Shown here in pieces: positions 40,048-49,118 of a stretch of 64,000 nucleotides of DNA (position 1 is its first letter; the number at the start of each line of letters is the position of its first letter). Below the pieces are notes generated by a model. That model saw nothing but the letters and a program-made list of their open reading frames with translations, was not told where the DNA came from and did not search any database. Source of the DNA: an uncultured Nitrospiraceae bacterium (GTDB lineage: Bacteria; Nitrospirota; Thermodesulfovibrionia; Thermodesulfovibrionales; SM23-35); contig CAVSHB010000001.1 of NCBI GenBank assembly GCA_963727775.1, positions 64,001 through 128,000 on the forward strand. Reading direction: 5' to 3'. Made by a program: the position numbers and the translations under genes.

Positions 40048-41265
40048 TTATTCAAATTTCTTGTGATATGCTTTTACATTGTTTGCAAATTCTTTGCCGA
40101 ATTTGTAGCAGAGTTCGTGATCTTCAGGGGAAGGTTTGTAATGCACCTGAATTCCCGGTTCCACTGCTTCGATCCCCATCCGTTTAAATTCTTCGTAGAT
40201 GTCTCTGACCGCTCCGCCGCCCCAGCCGTAGCTGCCGAAGGCCCCGACAATGCGGTTTTTCGGTTTAAGCCCTCTCAAATATGTCAAAAATTCTGCGATG
40301 GTCGGAAACATGGAATTGTTCAGAGTCGGTGAACCGATGAGACATCCTCTTGCCTTCCAGAATTCTTTTACCGCAAAGCTTACAGGATCCGCTCTGAGTT
40401 TTATAATTTTTACATCGACCCCCTCGTCTTTAATCCCCTGCATGATAGGGACAGTCATCTCTTCGGTGCTATGCCACATTGTATCGTATATTATTACAAC
40501 CCTCAAGTCTGCTTTCCCGTCAGCCATATCGAGATACATGTTAACGATCTTCGACGGATCTTCCCTCCATATTATCCCGTGGTCAGGGGCAATCATGTCT
40601 ATTTCAAGACCCAACTTACTGACTTCAGCGATTTTGTTTTTTATTAAAGCGCCGAAAGGCATAAGGATATTCGCATAGTAATCTTTTACAGCGTCTTCCA
40701 ATTCAGTTACAGAAAAACAGGTAATGAATTCATCGTCGAATCTCACAGCGGATGCGTAATGCTGTCCGAAAGCATCCTGACTTATAAGGAGCCTGTCCTC
40801 TTTTATATATGTCATCATAGAGTCGGGCCAATGGAGCATAGGCGTTTCCAGAAAAAGCAATGTCCTTTTTCCGATACTTAAAGTATCACCTGTTTTTACG
40901 ATTCGGATGTCCCATTTTGATGTGTCGAAAAACCTGTCGAGGCCTTTCCTGCCTTTGGCGGTCATATAGAGAGCAGCCTTCGGCGTGAGACGCATGATAT
41001 CCCCGATACTTGAGACATGATCATTTTCGATATGGTTTATTACGATATTCTTTATTTTAGAGGGGTCTACAAGACTTTTTATATTATCGATGGTCATCCC
41101 GGAGAACTCATGCCTGACGGTATCAAACAGCGTTATCTGCTCATCTATAATCAGGTAATTATTATATGTTGTTCCGTTTGGGGTAACATAACCATGGAAA
41201 TCCCTGACCGCCCAGTCAATCACTCCTACCCAATAAATATCAGGTTTTATTTCTAAAGCCTTCAT
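40048..41265 (-). CDS. fprA: Flavodiiron protein (FprA/Roo family)
   Basis: GTTYNNYLI, HIENDH, HWPDSM, DAFGQH, APDHG, flavodoxin FGSYGWGG. Confidence 0.94.
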   Translation of the reverse strand: MKALEIKPDIYWVGVIDWAVRDFHGYVTPNGTTYNNYLIIDEQITLFDTVRHEFSGMTIDNIKSLVDPSKIKNIVINHIENDHVSSIGDIMRLTPKAALYMTAKGRKGLDRFFDTSKWDIRIVKTGDTLSIGKRTLLFLETPMLHWPDSMMTYIKEDRLLISQDAFGQHYASAVRFDDEFITCFSVTELEDAVKDYYANILMPFGALIKNKIAEVSKLGLEIDMIAPDHGIIWREDPSKIVNMYLDMADGKADLRVVIIYDTMWHSTEEMTVPIMQGIKDEGVDVKIIKLRADPVSFAVKEFWKARGCLIGSPTLNNSMFPTIAEFLTYLRGLKPKNRIVGAFGSYGWGGGAVRDIYEEFKRMGIEAVEPGIQVHYKPSPEDHELCYKFGKEFANNVKAYHKKFE

Positions 41266-41319
41266 AAAATACCTCCTTTTTAAATTTTATTCTTACAATC
41301 AAGACATGTCCCGTAAGAT

Positions 41320-42321
41320 TCAAAGTGGTTGCCCATAATTTCGGACCCCTGAACAACGGGGGTCCGCTGCATCAAATGACCGGTAAAAATAGTAGCTATG
41401 GGCGGGACACCCACCCATACAGGAAGAATAATGTTTACAGGTCTCGATCAGACATATATTTTTACCGTATTTTTTGAAATCGGCTAATATGGGATTTCTC
41501 AATAGCTTATCTATTCCTTCTTCCAGTAAATTCCCAAGGCAAAATTCTTTAAAGCCAAAAAACAGGTTGCACGGGAAAGCGGAGCCGTCAGGCATTACCG
41601 CTATCTTTGATATGCCGGCGTCGCATCTGCTATGGGCTTGCACGCCATACTTATAGAACCCTGAAGCCGCTACAAAACCTGTATCCAACGTTCCCTTCAG
41701 GTCTGTTTTTATTTCTGAATATATTTCCATGAATTCAGGGAATGAAAAAGAGGAATGTTTATTGCCTATAATATCCTCATGCAGTAGATAATATCGTTTA
41801 ACCCCAAGGTTTGCAAGATAAGAAGCAAGGTCGCGGATTTCATCCTTATTTTTCTGTAGCAAAGTGCTTTTCACGACCGGACTTTTCCCTGATGCAAGCA
41901 TCTGTTTAATCCCGGTGACGGCTTTGTCGAAATTGTACGACATGGTCAACGAGTTGTGTGTTTTTGAAAACCCATGTACGGAAAATCCGACATTCATCCT
42001 CTCAGTCCGGATTTCTGAAAACCGGTCCACAACCTCGGGGAGGCTGCCGTTTGTGCTGATATTGACCGTTATATTAAAGCCGGTAACATCTTTCACGAAA
42101 TCCCTCATCCATGGAACGAGCATGGGCTCGCCGCCGAGTATATCTATCTCGGAGAGGCCGGTTTTTATAAGCATATCGACAAGGGAATATGCATCTCCGG
42201 CGTTCATGTCCTTTTGCGGAACCGGTCCTGATATGTTATGGTTAAAGCAAAAACAGCAGGTTTGATTGCATCTCAATGTCGGATAAAGCTGTATAAATGA
42301 AGGATGGTCCACTTTTCTCAA
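41320..42321 (-). CDS. Radical SAM/SPASM domain protein
   Basis: CNQTCCFC, GGEP, STNG; SPASM CDAG..GSAFPC...C.C....CMGGC...DPRC. Confidence 0.88.
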   Translation of the reverse strand: MRKVDHPSFIQLYPTLRCNQTCCFCFNHNISGPVPQKDMNAGDAYSLVDMLIKTGLSEIDILGGEPMLVPWMRDFVKDVTGFNITVNISTNGSLPEVVDRFSEIRTERMNVGFSVHGFSKTHNSLTMSYNFDKAVTGIKQMLASGKSPVVKSTLLQKNKDEIRDLASYLANLGVKRYYLLHEDIIGNKHSSFSFPEFMEIYSEIKTDLKGTLDTGFVAASGFYKYGVQAHSRCDAGISKIAVMPDGSAFPCNLFFGFKEFCLGNLLEEGIDKLLRNPILADFKKYGKNICLIETCKHYSSCMGGCPAHSYYFYRSFDAADPRCSGVRNYGQPL

Positions 42322-42422
42322 GTATAATCAATCTTGACATTATTTTCTAACATGGTAGTATTGTCTAATAAAAACACGGCAAGAATTCTTATTATACAAA
42401 TCTGACTATATTTGGAGGAGTT

Positions 42423-42923
42423 ATGAATGCAATCGAGCTGTCAATAAAAATGGAAAAGGATGCAATAGATTTTTATACTGAAGCCGCCGGCAAGACAAAA
42501 CACCCGGTCGCGAAAAAGATGTTCCTGTCTATAACGGAAGACGAAAAAAGACATCTGCATATGCTTTCTCAAATATTCAAGGAAGTTGACATAAAGATTG
42601 ACGAAGTCAGTCCGATGAAGAATATGCAGACGATCTTTAAGGCCTTGAAGGACGCTATGATGCAAAGAGTTGAAGCAACTTCGGATGAACTTGAGGGGTT
42701 TAAGATTGCCTCGCAGATGGAAAAAGAGGGAATTGAATTCTATAAAAAAGCAGGGGCCGAGGCTAAGAAAGAAAAAGAGAAGGCCCTTTTTGAGAGGCTT
42801 GTCAAAGAAGAGCAGCAACACTATGATATTTTTGCAAATACATATTTTTTCCTTAAAGACACCGGAAACTGGTTTATGTGGGAGGAGCACAGTATTGTCG
42901 ATGGAGGCACGCCCTGGGCTTAA
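42423..42923 (+). CDS. Ferritin-like/rubrerythrin-type diiron protein
   Basis: Two E..FY...E..H modules (DEKRH, EEQQH); C-terminal VDGG. Confidence 0.85.
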   Translation: MNAIELSIKMEKDAIDFYTEAAGKTKHPVAKKMFLSITEDEKRHLHMLSQIFKEVDIKIDEVSPMKNMQTIFKALKDAMMQRVEATSDELEGFKIASQMEKEGIEFYKKAGAEAKKEKEKALFERLVKEEQQHYDIFANTYFFLKDTGNWFMWEEHSIVDGGTPWA

Positions 42924-42983
42924 TGTTCCGGCGGGATTTGCCGGCGGAATTTGAATAATCAAACTTTTATAGGAGGATTGTTT

Positions 42984-43238
42984 ATGGGGTACACTAAAGT
43001 TGCATTAGAAGATAAAATCCTTGAGATGTATCCCGAGATTTCAAAAAATGGGATCTCGGTCAGCCTTGATTTTGATGAATCTAAAAACGCCTATATTGTA
43101 AAATTCAAAAAAGACGCAAAAGAACTTACTACGCATATTGAAAAAAAGGATGCCGACGATTGTATGAATAATATTAAATGTGTTTATCTCGGCGTCCAGA
43201 TCGGGCAGTTCATAAAAAATTTTGAGATAAGAAGGTAA
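42984..43238 (+). CDS. Conserved hypothetical protein
   Basis: AGGAGG RBS; MYPEI...DADDCM...CVYLGVQI. Confidence 0.7.
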   Translation: MGYTKVALEDKILEMYPEISKNGISVSLDFDESKNAYIVKFKKDAKELTTHIEKKDADDCMNNIKCVYLGVQIGQFIKNFEIRR

Positions 43239-43441
43239 GTTTTTTTGACGGGATTTCCGGGTACCTTTTATTTCTTCAAGATAATAAAAGAGCGCCCCAT
43301 GACTTCAGAAAGAATCCGGGTTGCTTGAAACAGAATGTGCTCTCATGTAAAAATAGAGATTATGTCCTCTCTGTTGCTTTTTGGATTGAAGGGCAAATAG
43401 AGAGGACCTGTCACTAAAATTTAACTTTAAGGAGGTAAGGT

Positions 43442-43627
43442 ATGCCGAAGCCGGTTGTAAATGAAGATGCATGTGAAGGGTGTGCTTCATGCGAGGAGTT
43501 ATGCCCTGAAGTGTTCAAAGTAGGAGATGATGGTAAAGCACATGTTGTAGGGCCGGACAAATGCAGCACTTGCGACTGCCAGGAAGCAGCAGATATATGT
43601 CCTGTCCAGGCCATAACAATAGAATAA
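43442..43627 (+). CDS. Ferredoxin (single-cluster type)
   Basis: CEGCASCEELCPEVF...CPVQAI. Confidence 0.93.
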   Translation: MPKPVVNEDACEGCASCEELCPEVFKVGDDGKAHVVGPDKCSTCDCQEAADICPVQAITIE

Positions 43628-43634
43628 TATTTTT

Positions 43635-43676
43635 AAAAAATAAAGGCCGGTAATAAAAACGGCCTTTATTTTTTTT
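43635..43676. terminator. Bidirectional intrinsic terminator
   Basis: AAAAAATAAAGGCCG-loop-CGGCCTTTATTTTTT between convergent transcripts. Confidence 0.85.
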
Positions 43677-43706
43677 AAAATCTATTTTTAAATTACCGTA
43701 CTGTTA

Positions 43707-43769
43707 TCAGCAAGAGCTTTTGCACTTGCATGTCGTTGAAATCCCCTTCGATACCTTTTTAATTTTCAT
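43707..43769 (-). CDS. Unannotated 20-aa Cys-rich peptide MKIKKVSKGISTTCKCKSSC, candidate RiPP precursor
   Basis: Strong RBS AAAGGGGGTG 6 nt before ATG; ends TGA TAA; lies between the rSAM/SPASM gene and the terminator. Confidence 0.72.
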   Translation of the reverse strand: MKIKKVSKGISTTCKCKSSC

Positions 43770-43811
43770 AATTCACACCCCCTTTCATGGAACAATCTGA
43801 GGACACACCGC

Positions 43812-44948
43812 TTATTTTTTGATTATATCATATAAATTGCATTTATAAAGGTCTTTCCCTGACGGGCCGCTGAGGAGCGACGCTCTGAACCTGCATCCCC
43901 CCCTGCACAACTCGGTATAATTACAATCACAATCCAACTCATTAAGTCTGACAGGCCTGATCCTTTGCCAGCATTTTCCGAGACCGTCCTTAATTTTGCC
44001 GATCGGACTGTCGGAATAAAATGTGCATTTTGCGACCCTGCCGTCAGCCATTACCGCCATGAGATGCAAGCCGCAGGCAAAACCTGAAGCGCCTGAATGA
44101 GGACCTCCTCCGCGTCCGTACCCGAGATACTTCCCTCCTGTTTCCGGGCTGACCTGAAATCCGGCGTTTTCTTTTAACCGGCCGGTTGCGCATGGAACAT
44201 CAACATTCCAGTCTTTTATCCCCATGCCGTAAAACAATTTTTCCATTCCGTCAAAATCTCCAAGATTTCCGTGGTGGACCATTGTTGAGACTGATACTTC
44301 AAATCCGCAGCCGACGGCAAGTTCGGCAGCTTCGATCGCCGACCTGAACGAACCTTTTCCCCTTAACGCATCATGCGCCTCTTCAAGACCGTCTATACTG
44401 AGTTGGATCTCATCCACATTCAGGTGAATAAGTATTTTTTTATTCAACAATAATCCGTTTGTAAACAGGACCTTTCGCAAAAGAAAATCAGGGAGCATAT
44501 CATTGATTTCCCGAAATCTGCCATGGATGAGCGGTTCTCCGCCTGTAATGAGGACCCTCAAGCCCTGCATATTCTCAAATTCTCTCAGGATATCTCTAAT
44601 CTGAGTAACTGAAAGCTCTGAAAATGTTGTATCGCCAATATAACAATGCCTGCACCTAAGATTACACTTGTTCGTTATCTGTAATTCGAGATACCGCAGG
44701 GAGGGCCGGGGAGATTCAATCACTGCAGGACGTTTCAATAAGACTTTGTCCCTGGTCAGTATTCTTTCTTCGAGGCAATAATCTATAAAATTGCTGTCTT
44801 CGCTATCGCATCCGGTCACGGATGCGCATCTCTGAAGAAACTCAAATGAACTGTCATCAAGCTCATAGAGGTCGTCCTTTTTAATATGGTAAACAGACGG
44901 CGTTTCAAGCCATTTAAGGACCGATTCCCGTGAAAGAAAATACTTCAT
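43812..44948 (-). CDS. Radical SAM/SPASM protein with an N-terminal PqqD/RRE-like domain
   Basis: ~80-aa N-terminal extension (VYHIKKDDLYELDDSSFEFL); CNLRCRHC; TGGEP; SPASM CGLH..GRVAKC..CDC....CRGGC...C. Confidence 0.88.
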   Translation of the reverse strand: MKYFLSRESVLKWLETPSVYHIKKDDLYELDDSSFEFLQRCASVTGCDSEDSNFIDYCLEERILTRDKVLLKRPAVIESPRPSLRYLELQITNKCNLRCRHCYIGDTTFSELSVTQIRDILREFENMQGLRVLITGGEPLIHGRFREINDMLPDFLLRKVLFTNGLLLNKKILIHLNVDEIQLSIDGLEEAHDALRGKGSFRSAIEAAELAVGCGFEVSVSTMVHHGNLGDFDGMEKLFYGMGIKDWNVDVPCATGRLKENAGFQVSPETGGKYLGYGRGGGPHSGASGFACGLHLMAVMADGRVAKCTFYSDSPIGKIKDGLGKCWQRIRPVRLNELDCDCNYTELCRGGCRFRASLLSGPSGKDLYKCNLYDIIKK

Positions 44949-45062
44949 CGTCTTATTTTACAAGAACACGGACTACTCTGCTATCCGTGCCGCATATTTA
45001 AATTTTATGATATACTAAAAAAGTCTTTTACCTCGCACCAAGCTATAAGGAAGCAGAGTTTT

Positions 45063-46493
45063 ATGACGACTTCAAAAGCAATAATCCTTTGTGTTGATGA
45101 TGATCCTGATCTTCTGGACATCAATTCAAATATATTGCAACAGGCAGGGTATGAAGTACTGAAGGCCTCTACAGGCAATAAATGCCTTCGCATGACTAGG
45201 GAAAAGCGGCCTGATCTGGTTTTACTTGATGTTATCCTCCCTGATATCGACGGGTACGATGTTTGCCGCCAAATCAAGGATACTCCTGAATTAGCGGGGA
45301 CTTATGTGGTCATGATATCGGGGATGGAGACTTCCTCCGAAAAGCAGATAAAGGGGCTTGAAGCGGGGGCGGACGGATATGTCGCGCGTCCGATTTCAGC
45401 ACAGGAGCTCCTGGCCCGTGTTCAGGCGATGATCAGGATCAAACAGACGGAAACAGCCCTCCGTAAAAGTATGGAAAGATACCAGACGCTGGTCGAAACG
45501 ATGAATGAAGGCGTGGGGATAGTAGACAAAAACGCATTGGTTACCTTTGTTAATGAAAAAACCTGTGAAATAATCGGATACCCGCGTGATGAGATTATCG
45601 GGCGTCCTGTGACTGATTTTCTTGACGTTATCAGCCGTAAGGTATTCATAGAGCGTATGGCAGAGGAAAAGAGGGGAATATCCGTCCCTTTTGAATTAAC
45701 ATGTATTAACAAAGACGGGCATAAAATTTATGTGAATATATCATCCAGGCCGATTATTGAGGAGGGGGGCAACTACAGGGGCGGCTTTGCCGTTATAACC
45801 GATATAACGGCGCGTAAACAGGCTGAGGCGAGGATTAAGAAACTGAATGAGGAACTTGAAAAACGCGTTGTCGGGCGCACGAAACAACTTCAGGCGGTCA
45901 TTGAAGAGCTGGAGAACGAAATCATTGACCGCAAGAGGGCTGAAGGAGCTCTTAAAAAAAGCGAAGAGCAGTTCCGTGCAATTTTTAATGCAGCTCATGA
46001 TTCTATCTTTATCAAAGATTACTCACGCAGATACCTGCGGATCAATCCCTCAATGGAGCAACTTTTTAATATGCCCGCATCGGAATTAATCGGAAAGACA
46101 GACGAAGAGTTATTCGGAGAGCAGGTGGGAAAACATACAAGGGAAGTTGACAAACGTGTCCTGAAGGGAGAGATTATTGAAGAAGAGCATACCAGGCCTG
46201 TTAAGGATGATTTCAGGACGTTCCATGTCGTAAAAGCTCCGATGCGGGACGATGCCGGAAAAATCGTTGGGATTTGCGGTATTGCCCGCGATATCACGGA
46301 GCGCAAGCTTGACGAGGTAACCTTAATGAGATATGCCGAAAGGCTTCGCTCTCTTTTTAACCGTTTGTTTGAAATACAGAAAGCCGAAGGACGGGACATT
46401 GCACAGGAACTGCATGACGAAATCGGGCAGGCTTTGACCGGGATTAAGCTTGCTGTCGACATGATGAAAAAGTCCCGATCAAATGATATCTGA
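45063..46493 (+). CDS. REC-PAS-PAS-HisKA_3 sensor protein lacking the HATPase domain (possibly truncated)
   Basis: REC (VDDD, LDVILP), two PAS/PAC domains (DITARK, DITERK), AQELHDEIGQALT, then a stop. Confidence 0.8.
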   Translation: MTTSKAIILCVDDDPDLLDINSNILQQAGYEVLKASTGNKCLRMTREKRPDLVLLDVILPDIDGYDVCRQIKDTPELAGTYVVMISGMETSSEKQIKGLEAGADGYVARPISAQELLARVQAMIRIKQTETALRKSMERYQTLVETMNEGVGIVDKNALVTFVNEKTCEIIGYPRDEIIGRPVTDFLDVISRKVFIERMAEEKRGISVPFELTCINKDGHKIYVNISSRPIIEEGGNYRGGFAVITDITARKQAEARIKKLNEELEKRVVGRTKQLQAVIEELENEIIDRKRAEGALKKSEEQFRAIFNAAHDSIFIKDYSRRYLRINPSMEQLFNMPASELIGKTDEELFGEQVGKHTREVDKRVLKGEIIEEEHTRPVKDDFRTFHVVKAPMRDDAGKIVGICGIARDITERKLDEVTLMRYAERLRSLFNRLFEIQKAEGRDIAQELHDEIGQALTGIKLAVDMMKKSRSNDI

Positions 46494-46827
46494 GCCGGCA
46501 TTAATAAAAGTATTAATTAAAAAACTCTGTAAGAAGTTCTGCCCTTATTACAAGCCTTCAAAAAATAATGAACTTGCCTGTATGGGGTCCATTGTAGTAG
46601 AAAGATTGCTGAACAAAAACGGAAATATCCCTTTTGATAAGCCGGAGAAACTCGATGATGTTACCGGAAAAAAACTTGCGCAGACAATGTGCCCCGCCTG
46701 TCCTTTTTATGAAAGCGATTGCGATTTTGTCCAGTCGGGTCTTGCACCTTGCGGCGGGTTTATTTTATTGGGAAATCTGCTTGAAAAGAATACTATTAGT
46801 ATTGACGATATCAGGAATATCATCTAA
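46483..46827 (+). CDS. Cys-rich hypothetical protein
   Basis: CKKFCPYYKP...C...CPACPFYESDCDF...PCGG. Confidence 0.7.
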   Translation: MISEPALIKVLIKKLCKKFCPYYKPSKNNELACMGSIVVERLLNKNGNIPFDKPEKLDDVTGKKLAQTMCPACPFYESDCDFVQSGLAPCGGFILLGNLLEKNTISIDDIRNII

Positions 46828-46873
46828 ACTTTAGATAAAAGTAAATATGATTTTGTGCTTATAGGGAGGATTT

Positions 46874-47341
46874 ATGGTAAATTTTTCAATCAGAGAGATC
46901 GTCGAGCAGGCAATTCAGACCGAAAAACTCGGTAACGAATTTTATGCCAAGATGGCGGTGAAATTTAAGGAACATGATGAACTGAAAAAGCTTTTCGATC
47001 TCCTTGCAGCGCATGAATTAAAGCACGGGAAAAGCTTCTCAGAACTCGTGAATAAGATAAGGGATGAAATGCCTGAAGGCTGGGACGAGGTATCCTTGTA
47101 TTTAAAAGCGATTGTTGATTCGGAATTTTTTCTCGGTAAAGACAAATGCCTGCCGTCACTTGAGCATGTTAAGACAGCAGCTGAGGCTATCGATTTTTCG
47201 CTTTGTTTTGAGAGGGAAACCCTGCTTTATTACCACACGCTGAGAGAAACATTAACGGAAAAAGACGTTATCGATGCGATTATAAGGGAAGAGAGAAGCC
47301 ATATCATATGGCTGAATAATTTAAGGAAGAGTTTTATATAG
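46874..47341 (+). CDS. Ferritin-like/rubrerythrin-type protein
   Basis: E..G..FY...ELKH and E...LLYY...EERSH. Confidence 0.85.
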   Translation: MVNFSIREIVEQAIQTEKLGNEFYAKMAVKFKEHDELKKLFDLLAAHELKHGKSFSELVNKIRDEMPEGWDEVSLYLKAIVDSEFFLGKDKCLPSLEHVKTAAEAIDFSLCFERETLLYYHTLRETLTEKDVIDAIIREERSHIIWLNNLRKSFI

Positions 47342-47393
47342 AATACCCTTCTCAGACCCCCTTCCAAAGCAGGAGATCAAAGGGCGAGTTCAC

Positions 47394-49118
47394 TTGGACT
47401 ATTCGATTAAGATAGGCGGCGAGGCCGGCCAGGGTATTCAGACAATCGGCGATACCCTTGCGAGGGTTTTTTCGAGGGCGGGATACCATGTCTTTACCCA
47501 TCAGGATTACGAGTCCCGAATAAGGGGCGGCCACAATTTCTTCCAGGTAAGATTATCGGACAGCCCTGTCACGGCATCGAGAGAAAAAATTGACATTATC
47601 GTTGCCCTGGACAAAGAAAGCATATCGCTCCATGAAAAAGAACTTTCGGAGAAAGGTCTTATAATCTACGACTCGTCTGCCTTAAAAGAGAATCACGTCA
47701 AGTCTTATTTCTTTGATGTCCCTTTCACAAATTTAGCCATTGAGTATGGCGGGAACAAGATCATGGCGAACACCGTTGCTACCGGGGCTGTATTGGGGAT
47801 GCTGAGGCTTACCCCGGATATCCTCACAGGTATTATTGAATCTGCATTTCAAAAGAAGGGCGAAGATATTATAAAATCCAACATTCAGGCTGCAAAGGCA
47901 GGATATGATTTTGCTGTAAGCCACTGCGCGCAATGTCCCTTTTCTTCTGCGCCCTTCTCAGGACCAAAGATGCTGATTGCCGGAAGTGAGGCCATCGCAC
48001 TCGGGGCCATTGCCTCCGGCTGTAAATTTTATTCGGCCTACCCGATGACTCCTTCTACCGGGATTATGAATTATCTCGCGGACAAAGAAAAGGAATACGG
48101 GATCGTTGTTGAGCAGGCGGAGGATGAGATTGCGGCGATAAATATGGCCTTAGGCGCGTCCTTCGCAGGAGTAAGGGCAATGACAGGGACCGCCGGAGGA
48201 GGGTTTGCATTAATGGTTGAAGGGCTGTCGCTGGCAGGGATGACGGAGACCCCCATAGTTATCGCACTCGGACAAAGGCCTGCGCCGGCAACAGGTCTGC
48301 CGACAAGGACGGAACAGGCTGACCTGCTATTTGCCGTACATGCGGCACATGGAGAATTCCCGAGGGCCATATTTGCGCCGGCCACTCCTGAACAGGCATT
48401 TTATCTTACGAATAAGGCATTTGATATTGCAGAGAAATATCAGATCCCTGCCTTTGTGATTTTCGACCAGTACCTTGCCGATTCAGGGTGGACGTTTGAA
48501 GGGTTTGATTTAAGCAGGACCATATTTAAGGATTACAGAATAAGGACCGGTGAACTGGAGAAACTCGAAGATTATAAAAGACATGCCCTAACAGACACCG
48601 GGGTTTCCCCTTTGGGCATCCCCGGCGATTCAAGGCACCTGATTGTAACAGACAGCGACGAGCATGATGAAGCAGGGCATATCACAGAAGATGCTGAAAC
48701 AAGAATAAAAATGGTCCGGAAAAGACTGTTCAAAAAGCTGCCGCTGATCAGAGAGGAAATAGGACAGCCTTTTTTTTATGGGAACAGTCATCCGGAAATT
48801 GTAATCGTCGGCTGGGGCTCTACCTTCGGAGTAATGAAAGAGATTGTAGATATCCTTTCAAGCGGCAAGAACATTGCCCTGTTGCATTTTACAGAGGTTT
48901 ATCCGTTCCCTTTGCCTGAGAAATTTGATTACCTCAAAATTCTGAATGGCTCAAAGCTCAGTGTCTGTATCGAAAACAACGCCACAGGACAGTTTGCGCG
49001 CCTTATCCGTGCGGAGGCCGGATACGAATTCAAGACAAGGATCAATAAATATGACGGGAGACCTTTTACTGTAGAAGGTCTTTTAGGTGAACTGGATGCC
49101 CACATCGGAAGATTATAA
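47394..49118 (+). CDS. korA: 2-oxoacid:ferredoxin oxidoreductase alpha subunit
   Basis: GGEAGQG, SRIRGG, YPMTP, QAEDEIAA, TGLPTRTEQAD, DSDEH. Confidence 0.92.
   Translation: MDYSIKIGGEAGQGIQTIGDTLARVFSRAGYHVFTHQDYESRIRGGHNFFQVRLSDSPVTASREKIDIIVALDKESISLHEKELSEKGLIIYDSSALKENHVKSYFFDVPFTNLAIEYGGNKIMANTVATGAVLGMLRLTPDILTGIIESAFQKKGEDIIKSNIQAAKAGYDFAVSHCAQCPFSSAPFSGPKMLIAGSEAIALGAIASGCKFYSAYPMTPSTGIMNYLADKEKEYGIVVEQAEDEIAAINMALGASFAGVRAMTGTAGGGFALMVEGLSLAGMTETPIVIALGQRPAPATGLPTRTEQADLLFAVHAAHGEFPRAIFAPATPEQAFYLTNKAFDIAEKYQIPAFVIFDQYLADSGWTFEGFDLSRTIFKDYRIRTGELEKLEDYKRHALTDTGVSPLGIPGDSRHLIVTDSDEHDEAGHITEDAETRIKMVRKRLFKKLPLIREEIGQPFFYGNSHPEIVIVGWGSTFGVMKEIVDILSSGKNIALLHFTEVYPFPLPEKFDYLKILNGSKLSVCIENNATGQFARLIRAEAGYEFKTRINKYDGRPFTVEGLLGELDAHIGRL

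Noticed and set aside
43704..43709. TGA-TAA at the end of the Cys-rich peptide read as a terminal selenocysteine
   Set aside because: No SECIS-like hairpin is visible immediately 3' of the TGA (the sequence is AT-rich); treated as a double stop unless homologues show Cys at this position.
42423..47341. Ferritin-like genes as encapsulin cargo
   Set aside because: No encapsulin shell gene in the window and no clear targeting peptide.
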